Shown here piece by piece: positions 1 to 8,347 of a stretch of DNA of 19,177 bases; within the stretch, counting starts at the first letter, position 1; every line of letters starts with the position of its first letter. This DNA comes from Candidatus Hodarchaeota archaeon (lineage in GTDB: Archaea; Asgardarchaeota; Heimdallarchaeia; Hodarchaeales; Hodarchaeaceae): NCBI GenBank assembly GCA_016840035.1, contig JAEOTC010000056.1:1-19177 (forward strand), in the 5' to 3' direction. The translations under genes and the position numbers were made by a program. The notes under the pieces were generated by a model that ran no database searches, was not told the origin of the DNA, and saw nothing but the letters and a program-made list of their open reading frames with translations.

Positions 1-2
1 AT

Positions 3-281
3 GCTACTCATACTAACTTTGTTGAATCTACACGATTTGCCTTTGGCGCGTGGGTTGGTGATTCACAGGTTGATAATTTTGCTGTCTGGAATGAAGTTGT
101 CCCTCCTCTAACTGATCCGACTACTACTACGACTACTACTACTACTCTGGTCACTACGACCACAGATGACCCAGATTCGACTACCACAACGACTGCTGCT
201 GGTGGACCTGGCTTTGAGATAGAGCTCTTAGTTCTCAGTTTGTCTCTTCTCTTTGTCTTTTCTCGTAAGCGAAGACCCTAG
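3..281 (+). CDS. 5'-truncated secreted surface protein (C-terminal 92 aa), paralog of 7294..8202; ConA/LamG-like domain end, Thr linker and PGF-CTERM-like anchor
   Basis: Not in the ORF track. Manual translation from base 3 gives ATHTNFVESTRFAFGAWVGDSQVDNFAVWNEVVPPLTDPTTTT...AAGGPGFEIELLVLSLSLLFVFSRKRRP*, closely matching the C-terminus of 7294..8202 (FAFGSWVGDSQIDNFFVWDEVVPPLTD...AAGGPGFE...RKRRP). Confidence 0.9.
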   Translation, partial: ATHTNFVESTRFAFGAWVGDSQVDNFAVWNEVVPPLTDPTTTTTTTTTLVTTTTDDPDSTTTTTAAGGPGFEIELLVLSLSLLFVFSRKRRP

Positions 282-303
282 GTCTTCTTTCCTCCCTTTT
301 TTT
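271..303 (+). terminator. Stop-overlapping hairpin plus pyrimidine/T tract
   Basis: GAAGACC-CTA-GGTCTTC (271-287) followed by a T/C tract. The same element occurs at 8192-8208 and 12452-12468. Confidence 0.55.
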
Positions 304-340
304 CTGATTTCGATTAGTAATGATATTCTTCTGATTTTGC

Positions 341-439
341 TGAATGGCCAATGCTCTTGCGATTTACAAGCAAAAAGAGCATATTGTGAAAGATGTTCTA
401 AGACTATTTTTCTTATCAATCGTGTTTGGGTGTAATTTC
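341..439. repeat. Dispersed direct repeat of about 100 bp, copy 1
   Basis: 341-410 aligns ungapped to 6973-7042 (about 57/70 identical by manual count). Both copies contain a GCTCTT...AAGAGC inverted repeat and end in TGTAATTTC. Confidence 0.75.
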
Positions 440-473
440 ACTTTTTTGTGCAATGTTTTCTTCATTGATTCGG

Positions 474-2210
474 TCATTCTTGCTTTGTTTTCCCCCTGTT
501 CCTCTTTCTTATCAGTACTCCAACAGCAATAACAGAGATAACCACACTGGCAAAACTTGCATTCCCATCAGTTGTAATTGTTGTTACCCCTTCTGAAGTA
601 GAAGATATGGTAGTGGTTATAGTAGTAGTGGTCGGTGGAAAAATAGTTTCCACACTACAATTGAATTGACTTACAAATACATCAGAATTTCCATTCCATG
701 AGTTATCTAGGGCGTTAGCCGTTACTGGCAGATTATAGGAACGAGTTGAGCCAATGATGACTGCTATATCATCTGAATTCAATACCAGATCGCCTGCATC
801 GTGTCCTTCAGTCCCGATAACCCCTGCATCCTCTGTACTGGTTCCTCCAAAATATGTGGAGTAGTTCACCTGCTCGAGATCAGGAGTCAATTTGCTAAGG
901 AAAAAGTCGGTTGATCCGTGTATTTCTGTCTGATAAGCATTCGGTGAGGTGGGAAAGGTAGGTTTGTCTGTATATCCTAAAACGTAAAGATTTCCGTATG
1001 AACCCATCTTCATTGTGCCAGGAACCCCTCCCCCTAAGAATGTGGAAGCTATTATGGTTGTCCCATCAGAGGAAATTTTAGTGACAAATGCATCGCTTCC
1101 CCCATTACTCTCCTTAAACACTCCTGTTGTTGTCGGGAAAGTGGAGGACCATGTCTTTCCAAAGCAATAAATTGTGTTGTTTTCATCGACTATGAAGTTA
1201 ACGAGATAATCCCAGTCATTTCCCCCTAGAAACGTTGAAAACAGTAGCGTAGTCCCATTCGTAGCGAATTTTGTAATGAATGCCTCTTGTGCTTGATAAG
1301 TTTTATCAAGAGCCGAGGAGGTTATAGGGTAATCGGGGGAATTTGTGTATCCACCCATGAGAATATTCTGTTGATTATCCAGGGCGAGAGTTAATGCATA
1401 ATCTTTTGCACTTCCTCCGAAATACGAGGAATACAGAAGTAATGACCCATTTGAGGATAATTTACTGATGAAGATATCAAATGTTCCCGAAAGCGTATTT
1501 TGATACGCATCTCCGCTTAGTGGAAAATCACTTGAGTTTGTATATCCTGTTATGTATATGGTATCGTTTTCATCGAGTATTAGCTGGTTATTTCCAATAA
1601 ATGCCTGGCTTTCCCTTGCTATTCCGCCCAAGAAAGTTGAAAAGAGAAGAGTGGATCCATTTGCAGCCAATTTACTTACATAGAGGTCTTGTCCCCCATT
1701 ATACGTTGTATCATAAGCGTCGGGTGTTACCGGAAAGTCACTGGATTGTGTAGTTCCAAATATTATAATATTGTCCTTACTATCAACAGCCATCTCCATT
1801 GTATGGAAGGTTACATTCCAGGGAGGTGTTCCTTGCCAGGTATCTAGCGCGCTTCCTCCTAGATAAGTTGAAAATATTAGTTCTGTCCCATCAGACGTCC
1901 ATTTACTTATGAAAATATCTAGATTACCATTATAAGTTGTATCATACGCACCTGGTGTAGTTGGAAAATCATCTGAAAAAGTTAAGCCTGCAATAATGAT
2001 ATTTCCCTGACTGTCATATTCGATACAATGTCCAAGATCATCCTCAGTACCCCCAAAATACGAGGAATAGAGTAAACTCTCTGTGTTTACTATGGAATTA
2101 GGAGAAAATGAAGGGGATTTTACAGATGATCTGTCTCCTAGTAGGATTATTGATACGGTTATTAAAATCAATATGCCACTTATCTGTTTTTTCTTGTTAT
2201 CTTCTTTCAT
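474..2210 (-). CDS. SBBP-repeat beta-propeller cell-surface protein with C-terminal Thr linker and TM anchor
   Basis: N-terminal signal/TM. About 7 repeats of the type STYLGG..D.....D..NI.I.G.T.S.DFP.T..AYD.TYNG..D.FISK, typical of SBBP repeats. C-terminal T-rich linker, ASF motif, hydrophobic helix and RKRNR tail. Confidence 0.85.
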   Translation of the reverse strand: MKEDNKKKQISGILILITVSIILLGDRSSVKSPSFSPNSIVNTESLLYSSYFGGTEDDLGHCIEYDSQGNIIIAGLTFSDDFPTTPGAYDTTYNGNLDIFISKWTSDGTELIFSTYLGGSALDTWQGTPPWNVTFHTMEMAVDSKDNIIIFGTTQSSDFPVTPDAYDTTYNGGQDLYVSKLAANGSTLLFSTFLGGIARESQAFIGNNQLILDENDTIYITGYTNSSDFPLSGDAYQNTLSGTFDIFISKLSSNGSLLLYSSYFGGSAKDYALTLALDNQQNILMGGYTNSPDYPITSSALDKTYQAQEAFITKFATNGTTLLFSTFLGGNDWDYLVNFIVDENNTIYCFGKTWSSTFPTTTGVFKESNGGSDAFVTKISSDGTTIIASTFLGGGVPGTMKMGSYGNLYVLGYTDKPTFPTSPNAYQTEIHGSTDFFLSKLTPDLEQVNYSTYFGGTSTEDAGVIGTEGHDAGDLVLNSDDIAVIIGSTRSYNLPVTANALDNSWNGNSDVFVSQFNCSVETIFPPTTTTITTTISSTSEGVTTITTDGNASFASVVISVIAVGVLIRKRNRGKTKQE

Positions 2211-2211
2211 C

Positions 2212-3636
2212 TTACTCCGCCTTTTTCTTTCTTCGATAAGTGATCCAGGTGGTTAAGCTTAGTGTCAAGATAATTATCCCTGCAAACGACGAGTCCTTAT
2301 CAGTTGTAGTTGGAAGCGTGCTGGTATCTGAGGTAGTGGTGGATGTTGATGTTATGGGGTCACTGATTTCATCGGCTTTAGGGAATTTACCCAGCCAAAA
2401 ATCACGGTATTCTGGACTACTGCCTCCATTTTCCACAGATGCCAGTGCTACTATGTCCATACTTGAGTCAGATCCCTCTATTAGAACCATATCAACGATT
2501 TTTTCTCCCCGAGTCACTTCCCCATAAGTAATGAATCCTAAGATGTCTCCGGTATCACTCACTCGCACAATGCACATATCACCTTTATCCTCGCTTCCAC
2601 TTATCGAACCATACGCTCCTCCGATATAGTACTCGCCTGAAGTACTTTGAAGACAAACGCTTGGGGTATCATAATTATTACTTCCAAAGGTTGTGTTCCA
2701 TTCCACATTTCCATTTGAATCACATTTTATTATCCAATAATCTTTTCCTATTCCGTATGTGTCTCCAAATGGGTAACACGTGAGCAAGAACCCGCCATCT
2801 GCAGTTTCTAGTATATTCCTCTCCCATGCCCCATACCAATCTGTACCATCATCATATGCTTGGTCCCAGACAATATTCCCATTTTCAGTAATTTTTATTA
2901 CCCATATCGAGAATGCGCTATTAGATTCGCTTGATTGCTTTGATAATCCACTCAATAGATAATTTCCATCATCTAAAGGAATTAAAGCGCTTGCCTGATC
3001 AGATCCTACTCTATGATATGTTTTATTCCATTCTTCGTTCCCATCTACGTCAGTTTTAATTAACCAATAATCCGTATTCCATGTTTCTCCAGGTAATGCA
3101 AATTCTGATTGAGTAGCTCCAGCCACCAGGAATCCTCCATCAGATGCTACTACAATTTGCGATCCGTAATCTGGCCCATCTTCTTTGCCATTATATGTTC
3201 GGTTCCATTCTTCTGTTCCATTTTCATCAATCTTGAGAATCCAGAGATCCCATGTGGAATACTCTGTGCCGAATCCGAACCCGTTTACTACATATCCTCC
3301 GTCAGATGTAGGAGCTACGCTTCGTATATGGCATTGAGGTTTTGTGGGATGGGAATAACTCTGATTCCACTCTTCTTTCCCCTCGGAATCGACTTTCAGT
3401 ATCCAAGAGGTTTGATCTGTACCCCCTATGAGATATGACCCTACAAGAATATACCCTCCATCCGAAGCACTCACTAATTGCATTGGTCTTTCCTCATTTG
3501 GAGTTTCATAAACTTCTTCCCATATAGGTGTGGCCTTTATATTCACATATCCACTATTAGAAGTTAATGCGATTACCATAAGGCTTAAACTACAGATAAA
3601 CATGCTTACCGTATATTTTCGTTTATTTTTCATCAA
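2212..3636 (-). CDS. Secreted beta-propeller repeat surface protein with C-terminal anchor
   Basis: Signal peptide. Repeats DGG[YF].V.G....D.W..K.D..G.EEWN.TY. T/S-rich linker, SSF motif, TM and RRKKK tail. GAGGTGA SD lies just upstream (ATG at 3633 or TTG at 3636). The 1-bp gap to the next gene suggests an operon with 474..2210. Confidence 0.85.
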   Translation of the reverse strand: MMKNKRKYTVSMFICSLSLMVIALTSNSGYVNIKATPIWEEVYETPNEERPMQLVSASDGGYILVGSYLIGGTDQTSWILKVDSEGKEEWNQSYSHPTKPQCHIRSVAPTSDGGYVVNGFGFGTEYSTWDLWILKIDENGTEEWNRTYNGKEDGPDYGSQIVVASDGGFLVAGATQSEFALPGETWNTDYWLIKTDVDGNEEWNKTYHRVGSDQASALIPLDDGNYLLSGLSKQSSESNSAFSIWVIKITENGNIVWDQAYDDGTDWYGAWERNILETADGGFLLTCYPFGDTYGIGKDYWIIKCDSNGNVEWNTTFGSNNYDTPSVCLQSTSGEYYIGGAYGSISGSEDKGDMCIVRVSDTGDILGFITYGEVTRGEKIVDMVLIEGSDSSMDIVALASVENGGSSPEYRDFWLGKFPKADEISDPITSTSTTTSDTSTLPTTTDKDSSFAGIIILTLSLTTWITYRRKKKAE

Positions 3637-3684
3637 TCTTCACCTCTTAATCAATATTTACCTTTTTTAATTGGAATTTGATCA

Positions 3685-3700
3685 TTTTTAAACGTTTCTG
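3685..3700 (-). promoter_or_regulatory. BRE-TATA promoter for the propeller operon
   Basis: Minus strand reads CAGAAAcgTTTAAAAA, about 50 bp upstream of the start codon. Confidence 0.65.
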
Positions 3701-3712
3701 CGCTTGTCTGGT

Positions 3713-3751
3713 GTTCTAACCCTTTGTACGATCTGTTCTGTCGATTAGAAC
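3713..3751. promoter_or_regulatory. Tandem palindromic operator boxes (GTTCT-N7-TGTAC and GTTCT-N7-AGAAC)
   Basis: Boxes at 3713-3729 and 3735-3751, 22 bp apart. The proximal edge (3713) is 21 bp from the first T of the TATA box (3692). Confidence 0.65.
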
Positions 3752-3916
3752 TAGGGCCTCCTTTTCCAATTTATGGGTTCTTTGACCTTTACCTTCTCCA
3801 AGGTAAATTTAGCGCTAATATTTAATCATAAAATTAATTTAACTAAAAATACTAGGGAATTAGGAGGCGATTTTAGGTTCAAATTATCATTTCTAGTATT
3901 AAAAATAATAGTATCG

Positions 3917-4483
3917 TTATGGTTTCATTTTCCAAATCTTTAATGATTCATACATGAAAACCATGGTTCCAAATACGAGAACAAACAGAAAAACCCAGTT
4001 ACTTGGATCAAGGATATATCTATCTCCTCGTGTTAACAGAAAACCCAGAAATACAATTAGACAGAGAATAAACACCCCCAAATAGATTGTAAAACGAGGA
4101 ATCACGTGATATCCGAGACGAAAATAGAACCCATAGATTCCTGATTTGATTTCTTCTTTTACATAATACTTCTCATTTTCCTCATTTTTGGCTACAATTC
4201 CCACAGAAATCAAATTATTAATATGATACGAGACGAGGCCTGGAGAGGATAATTTCAATCCCTTTTGTATTTCCCTGATCCCTGCAAAACCTTCTGGATG
4301 AGTTAGAAGAAACCAATAAATGTTGAGTGTGGTTCCTTGAAGGAGTTTCTCTAGTTTTTCTTTAGGCGGGTCTGGGTGCATGGTTTCTCTCACGTATTTA
4401 AGAGAGTAGGATTTTGAGAGTAGGGGGATTTTTCGTTTTAAACGAGAGAGATTGATATTCTCTAATTCTTTAAAACGATCCAT
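3917..4483 (-). CDS. Membrane-tethered winged-HTH transcriptional regulator (wHTH + 2 TM), copy 1
   Basis: LQGTTLNIYWFLLTH...GIREIQKGLKLSSPGLVSYHINNLISVGIVAK...KY is a wHTH pattern, followed by two C-terminal hydrophobic helices. The start overlaps the SBP stop (TAATG). Paralogous to 9913..10437 and 17112..17630. Confidence 0.85.
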   Translation of the reverse strand: MDRFKELENINLSRLKRKIPLLSKSYSLKYVRETMHPDPPKEKLEKLLQGTTLNIYWFLLTHPEGFAGIREIQKGLKLSSPGLVSYHINNLISVGIVAKNEENEKYYVKEEIKSGIYGFYFRLGYHVIPRFTIYLGVFILCLIVFLGFLLTRGDRYILDPSNWVFLFVLVFGTMVFMYESLKIWKMKP

Positions 4484-6678
4484 TATTTTAGAATCCTCCC
4501 TCTAATATACTTTGCCTTCCTATAATTATAGATGACTATTGAAACCGCACAAACCACCAACCCACCAATCGCTATTGCGAAGAATGGGACCAATTTGTAC
4601 GTTTTGAGAAAATTTGGGATATTAAACTGGATTAAATTCCTCTTACCACTTAATTCCACTTCTAAATAGCGAAATGTCGAATTGCTAGCTTGAATTTTAA
4701 GCTCCTCCCATTCTCCCCTTTCCTCATTATAAAGAAAGAGAGCTAACTGATCATGAGGAATTTCATTGACTTCTTCAATATCATAATAGCATCTAAGCAG
4801 ATAGTTCTTATTTTCTTGATCACTTGTTGCTAATATGAACTTACCGTCTTCAATTTCAGAAGGTAGAAAGACCTTTAATTCCTTACTCATGGTTATATTC
4901 ACGTGATACTTCTGTTCCTGAAGAGGAGTTAGGACACAATCTGCCCATGGAAAATAAATGGGGTAGTCCGTAACCTCTATGTTATTATATTGGAACTTTT
5001 CAGGGTAAAGACTCTGTTTATGACTATTTGAAGCTTCTACTTGCTGTTGACTTAGTTTGAAGTTTCCTAATAGCTGATTATCTTGAGTGGAATAATTAAA
5101 GTAAATTTGTTCTATTGTATTCACGAATACAAATGGATTTAAGTCTTTGATTAGTGCATAAATATTCTTATTGAAAGTTAAATAGATATACGGGGCTTTT
5201 TGTTGAATTACTGGTTGAACTCGATAATAAAAATATTCTCGTTCTTGTCGTACGGGTGTTTTGGCTCCCTTTAATACTAATTCGTCAATAAGCGGTTCTT
5301 CAAATCCACCTGTATTAAAAGGGCTTGAAGAATGCAGATATAATCGAGTTAAGTCTGGATCATTGTACGAACTTGATCCAAAGAGAATAAGATCGTAGTC
5401 TCCCTCCCTCCAATATTCAGCCCAGTCGCTAGGGATGTTGGGTGGTGCCCAAATTCCTATTGCTTCTAAATATTCTTCAATAATCTCTGGGTGACGACTT
5501 TCGTCTCCTACTAAATTGAGAGCAAAGCGAAAGTTGTCTTTCCCACGTAGATAACCCGCCTTATCCAATAACTCATTTGCTAATGCCACATCAAACGGAT
5601 ACCCTGTCACCGACTGATTATAATATGGAACGTCTGGAGGGATTAAATTCGTCATTGGAATTGAAAAATCACTCCAGTTCATCTGATTTATGTATTCTTG
5701 CCTATCAATGGCATAATTAATGGCTAGTCGGACTCTGGGATCACTTAAATATTGATTATTGTGGTTAATATACATGAGTTCAAACCGAGTCATTTTTTCG
5801 CTAATATACACCTCCCAATTGATGCTATTTAACAACTGTTCCTCGATAGTGTTGTGCATAAAAACCATATCGACTGTTTGATCCCTAATCTCGTCAGCAA
5901 ATTCTTCCTGAGCAAGATAATGAATTTGTTCAAAAGGAGCCAATCCTTGATGGTAATTATTGAATCTAGTAAATGTAAAATTTTGAAAATTATCATTGTA
6001 AGTTGAGGAAGTTAATTCATATGGACCTGTGCCAATGGGATGTGAAATATTTGGTCCAATAAAGCTAGTTGGGGCTGCTATGTGCAGATATGCACACTCA
6101 TGAATAAAAGCAGCAAACGGGTCAGTTAAATGGACGGTAACTTGAAATTCGTTTTCTATTTCGACAAAATCAAAAGGTATTGTGTGAAAACTAATATATG
6201 GTGCTGGTTTGACATAGGCGGAATGAGTGGGATTAATCAGTCGATCATAATTCCATTTTACTGTACTCGCATTAAACTTTGACCCATCATGAAAAATAAT
6301 ATCATCCCGGAGATAAAATGTCCAGTGTTTACTGTCCTTGGATACGACCCATTGTTCAGCTAGCATAGGCTGTAATCCTCCAGAATAAGGATCATAATGC
6401 ACTAAAGCCTCATATACTAGTGAATTACGACGTAAATCAGCATTCCAACCTATTGCTATCGGATCAAAAAAAGGGTCATAAGGCCCGAGTATATATTTAG
6501 GTGTCATTACCCCAATTCGCAAAATGGAGGGAATTGAATCAACTGATTCTTGATTGAACAGAGGTATCTTTGACTTGGGTAAATCATTTGTCTCGAAATT
6601 ATCATAGGAGTTTCTGTTCGTAATCCATGAGGAAAATAGAATTAGGGACACGATTGTTACAATTAGCCTCATTTTCAA
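4483..6678 (-). CDS. Family-5 (peptide/nickel-type) solute-binding protein with an extra C-terminal beta-rich domain and single TM anchor; putative sensor 1
   Basis: SBP family-5 motifs: VYEALV, PMLAEQW, WTFYLRDDIIFHDGSKFNA, PIGTGPY, DPRVRLAINYAIDR, ANELLDKAGY. An extra domain of about 150 aa (LRCYYD...LALFLYNEERGEWEEL...YLEVEL) precedes the TM helix and basic tail. No permease or ATPase is adjacent. Confidence 0.85.
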   Translation of the reverse strand: MKMRLIVTIVSLILFSSWITNRNSYDNFETNDLPKSKIPLFNQESVDSIPSILRIGVMTPKYILGPYDPFFDPIAIGWNADLRRNSLVYEALVHYDPYSGGLQPMLAEQWVVSKDSKHWTFYLRDDIIFHDGSKFNASTVKWNYDRLINPTHSAYVKPAPYISFHTIPFDFVEIENEFQVTVHLTDPFAAFIHECAYLHIAAPTSFIGPNISHPIGTGPYELTSSTYNDNFQNFTFTRFNNYHQGLAPFEQIHYLAQEEFADEIRDQTVDMVFMHNTIEEQLLNSINWEVYISEKMTRFELMYINHNNQYLSDPRVRLAINYAIDRQEYINQMNWSDFSIPMTNLIPPDVPYYNQSVTGYPFDVALANELLDKAGYLRGKDNFRFALNLVGDESRHPEIIEEYLEAIGIWAPPNIPSDWAEYWREGDYDLILFGSSSYNDPDLTRLYLHSSSPFNTGGFEEPLIDELVLKGAKTPVRQEREYFYYRVQPVIQQKAPYIYLTFNKNIYALIKDLNPFVFVNTIEQIYFNYSTQDNQLLGNFKLSQQQVEASNSHKQSLYPEKFQYNNIEVTDYPIYFPWADCVLTPLQEQKYHVNITMSKELKVFLPSEIEDGKFILATSDQENKNYLLRCYYDIEEVNEIPHDQLALFLYNEERGEWEELKIQASNSTFRYLEVELSGKRNLIQFNIPNFLKTYKLVPFFAIAIGGLVVCAVSIVIYNYRKAKYIRGRILK

Positions 6679-6822
6679 GTTTCCAACTCCTCGAGATTTA
6701 TCTAGAATGGTTTATTATATTCAATCTTAGCTTTAATTCATTTTTAAACATGATAGAAATAATATGTTGGTTTATTGATAGCTTTGGAACGATTAAACTT
6801 ACTTATTCTCCCCAGAAAAGCA

Positions 6823-6867
6823 TATTTAAACCTTTCTAACCGTTCTAGATGTTCTAGATGTTAGAAC
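6823..6867 (-). promoter_or_regulatory. BRE-TATA promoter plus upstream GTTCT-N7-AGAAC operator for the SBP1-wHTH1 operon
   Basis: Minus strand reads AGAAAggTTTAAATA (TATA 6830-6823). The box GTTCT-AGATGTT-AGAAC is at 6851-6867, with its edge 21 bp from the TATA. Confidence 0.65.
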
Positions 6868-6972
6868 ATGCATTTTTCATTTCTTTTACAATCTCTATAA
6901 TCACATCCCTCTACCCCACGATCATCTCCAAGCTTCCATTTATTTTTTTTAAAAAGAACAAGCTCCAGTTTT

Positions 6973-7073
6973 TGAATAGCCTTTGCTCTTGCGATTTGTA
7001 TACAAAAAGAGCTTATTGTGAATGAGATTCTAAGCCGATTTTTTTCCTTCTGACGACAGTCTTCTGTAATTTC
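6973..7073. repeat. Dispersed direct repeat of about 100 bp, copy 2
   Basis: Homologous to 341-439 in the same orientation. Confidence 0.75.
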
Positions 7074-7178
7074 TTGTACTCTTGAAATCCTTGGATTCCT
7101 CCCATCCTTTCATTGTTTTTAGTTTTTCTGCCCTTCCTAATTGATCTTCTTCCCTTTCTTAGGGGTTTCATATCTGCC

Positions 7179-7222
7179 GTACAAATATTTGTACAACTAT
7201 TTTCCGAGGAAATGTTTAAATA
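7179..7222 (+). promoter_or_regulatory. Perfect palindrome GTACA-AATATT-TGTAC plus BRE-TATA for 7294..8202
   Basis: Box at 7179-7194, then GAGGAAAtgTTTAAATA with the TATA starting at 7215, 21 bp after the box edge. Confidence 0.7.
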
Positions 7223-7293
7223 ACCGTTTTTTCACCTTTTCTGCTTAGTTATCCAAGAATATTAACCCAACTTGGTTAAAGAGGTTTTTAAAA

Positions 7294-8202
7294 TTGATTG
7301 ATAACGGAATAAAGTTTTTTCGTGTATATTGCATCCTTCTTTTGGGTGTCATCTTTCTGTTTCCCCTTACGCAGGTGTCTGCTGAGGTGGTTTGGGTAGA
7401 GGATTGGGAAAACGGGTCTTCTGACTGGATTTTCCACAGTTATAACTATAGTGATGTTACTGGTTCCTGGTCTTTTCAACCTGATGCCATTGCTACACCT
7501 TCTGTGGCCAATGGAGTCTTTCAGACTAATTCTCCGAGTGATTTCTTTGGCGATTATTGGAGTGGCGCGATTCGAAATAGCACGACAGCGTATGGTTCCT
7601 GGAGTTTCGATGTGATTATTGGGTCAGGAGTCGCACATGAATCCTATCTTATTTTCTTCTTTGCTGTTGCTGGAATGCCTGATGATCTTACTGGATTATC
7701 TTTAGGTGATAACAATATTACAGGGTATTTCTTAGTAATTCAGTCAGGAGATAAAGGAGCTTTTGGTAATCCACTCATTCAGTTAGCGACCCTTAATTAC
7801 GTTTTGGCTGACTATCATCCTGCTACCCCGATTGAAGGAACACTTCATTTCCATATTACTCGGAATACCACAGGTTACTTTGAAGTCTTTTTTGATCCTA
7901 CGAATGACTCCTCGCCTCCTATTCTTACTGGTACTAATACTACTTTTACTACTTGTTCTAAATTTGCCTTTGGTTCCTGGGTTGGGGATTCGCAGATTGA
8001 TAATTTTTTTGTCTGGGATGAAGTCGTTCCCCCTCTAACTGATCTCCCTACAACTACTACGACTACTCCGATCACTACGACCACAGACAACCCAGAGTCG
8101 ACGACAACTACGACTGCTGCTGGGGGGCCTGGCTTTGAGCTACAAGTGTTAGTTCTTGGACTGTCCGCTCTATTCCTCTATCTTCGCAAACGAAGACCCT
8201 AG
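7294..8202 (+). CDS. Secreted surface protein, putative ConA/LamG-like beta-sandwich with Thr linker and PGF-CTERM-like anchor
   Basis: Signal peptide FPLTQVSA|EVVW. Family motifs AYGSWSFD, HITR...G.F.V.F and DS.IDN. Many N-x-S/T sequons. GGPGFE-TM-RKRRP C-terminus. The fold assignment is inference. Confidence 0.85.
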   Translation: MIDNGIKFFRVYCILLLGVIFLFPLTQVSAEVVWVEDWENGSSDWIFHSYNYSDVTGSWSFQPDAIATPSVANGVFQTNSPSDFFGDYWSGAIRNSTTAYGSWSFDVIIGSGVAHESYLIFFFAVAGMPDDLTGLSLGDNNITGYFLVIQSGDKGAFGNPLIQLATLNYVLADYHPATPIEGTLHFHITRNTTGYFEVFFDPTNDSSPPILTGTNTTFTTCSKFAFGSWVGDSQIDNFFVWDEVVPPLTDLPTTTTTTPITTTTDNPESTTTTTAAGGPGFELQVLVLGLSALFLYLRKRRP

Positions 8203-8224
8203 GTCTTCCCACTCCCATTTTTTT
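8192..8224 (+). terminator. Stop-overlapping hairpin plus T tract
   Basis: GAAGACC-CTA-GGTCTTC followed by a C/T tract. Confidence 0.5.
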
Positions 8225-8269
8225 GGATGATTGGGGATGAAATTTTACTCGTCTACTCTAATGAACAGG

Positions 8270-8289
8270 GTGTACAGTCCGCTGTACAC
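8270..8289. promoter_or_regulatory. Palindromic box GTACA-GTCCGC-TGTAC upstream of SBP2
   Basis: GTGTACAG-TCCG-CTGTACAC, core 8272-8287, with the same half-sites and N6 spacer as 7179 and 14750. The TATA box here is unclear (possibly ATATAGA at 8321). Confidence 0.6.
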
Positions 8290-8347
8290 CAAAACACCCA
8301 AAAACTGATCCAAGAACACGATATAGAGTCTCATTTACGAATAAACC

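Noticed and set aside
118-200. ACT/ACG trinucleotide runs here and near 8050-8115, 12310-12375 and 14215-14280 as CRISPR or satellite repeats
   Set aside because: They encode Thr-rich linkers in frame and show no repeat-spacer structure.
228-532. Short ORFs 228-419(-), 253-435(+, with CxC/CxxC) and 344-532(+)
   Set aside because: They overlap real genes or the 100-bp repeat. The equivalent frames in repeat copy 2 contain stops or lack a start.
3-8202. Diversity-generating retroelement TR/VR pair between 3-281 and about 7950-8202
   Set aside because: Mismatches are not adenine-specific and are often synonymous, both copies are coding, and no reverse transcriptase is in the window.
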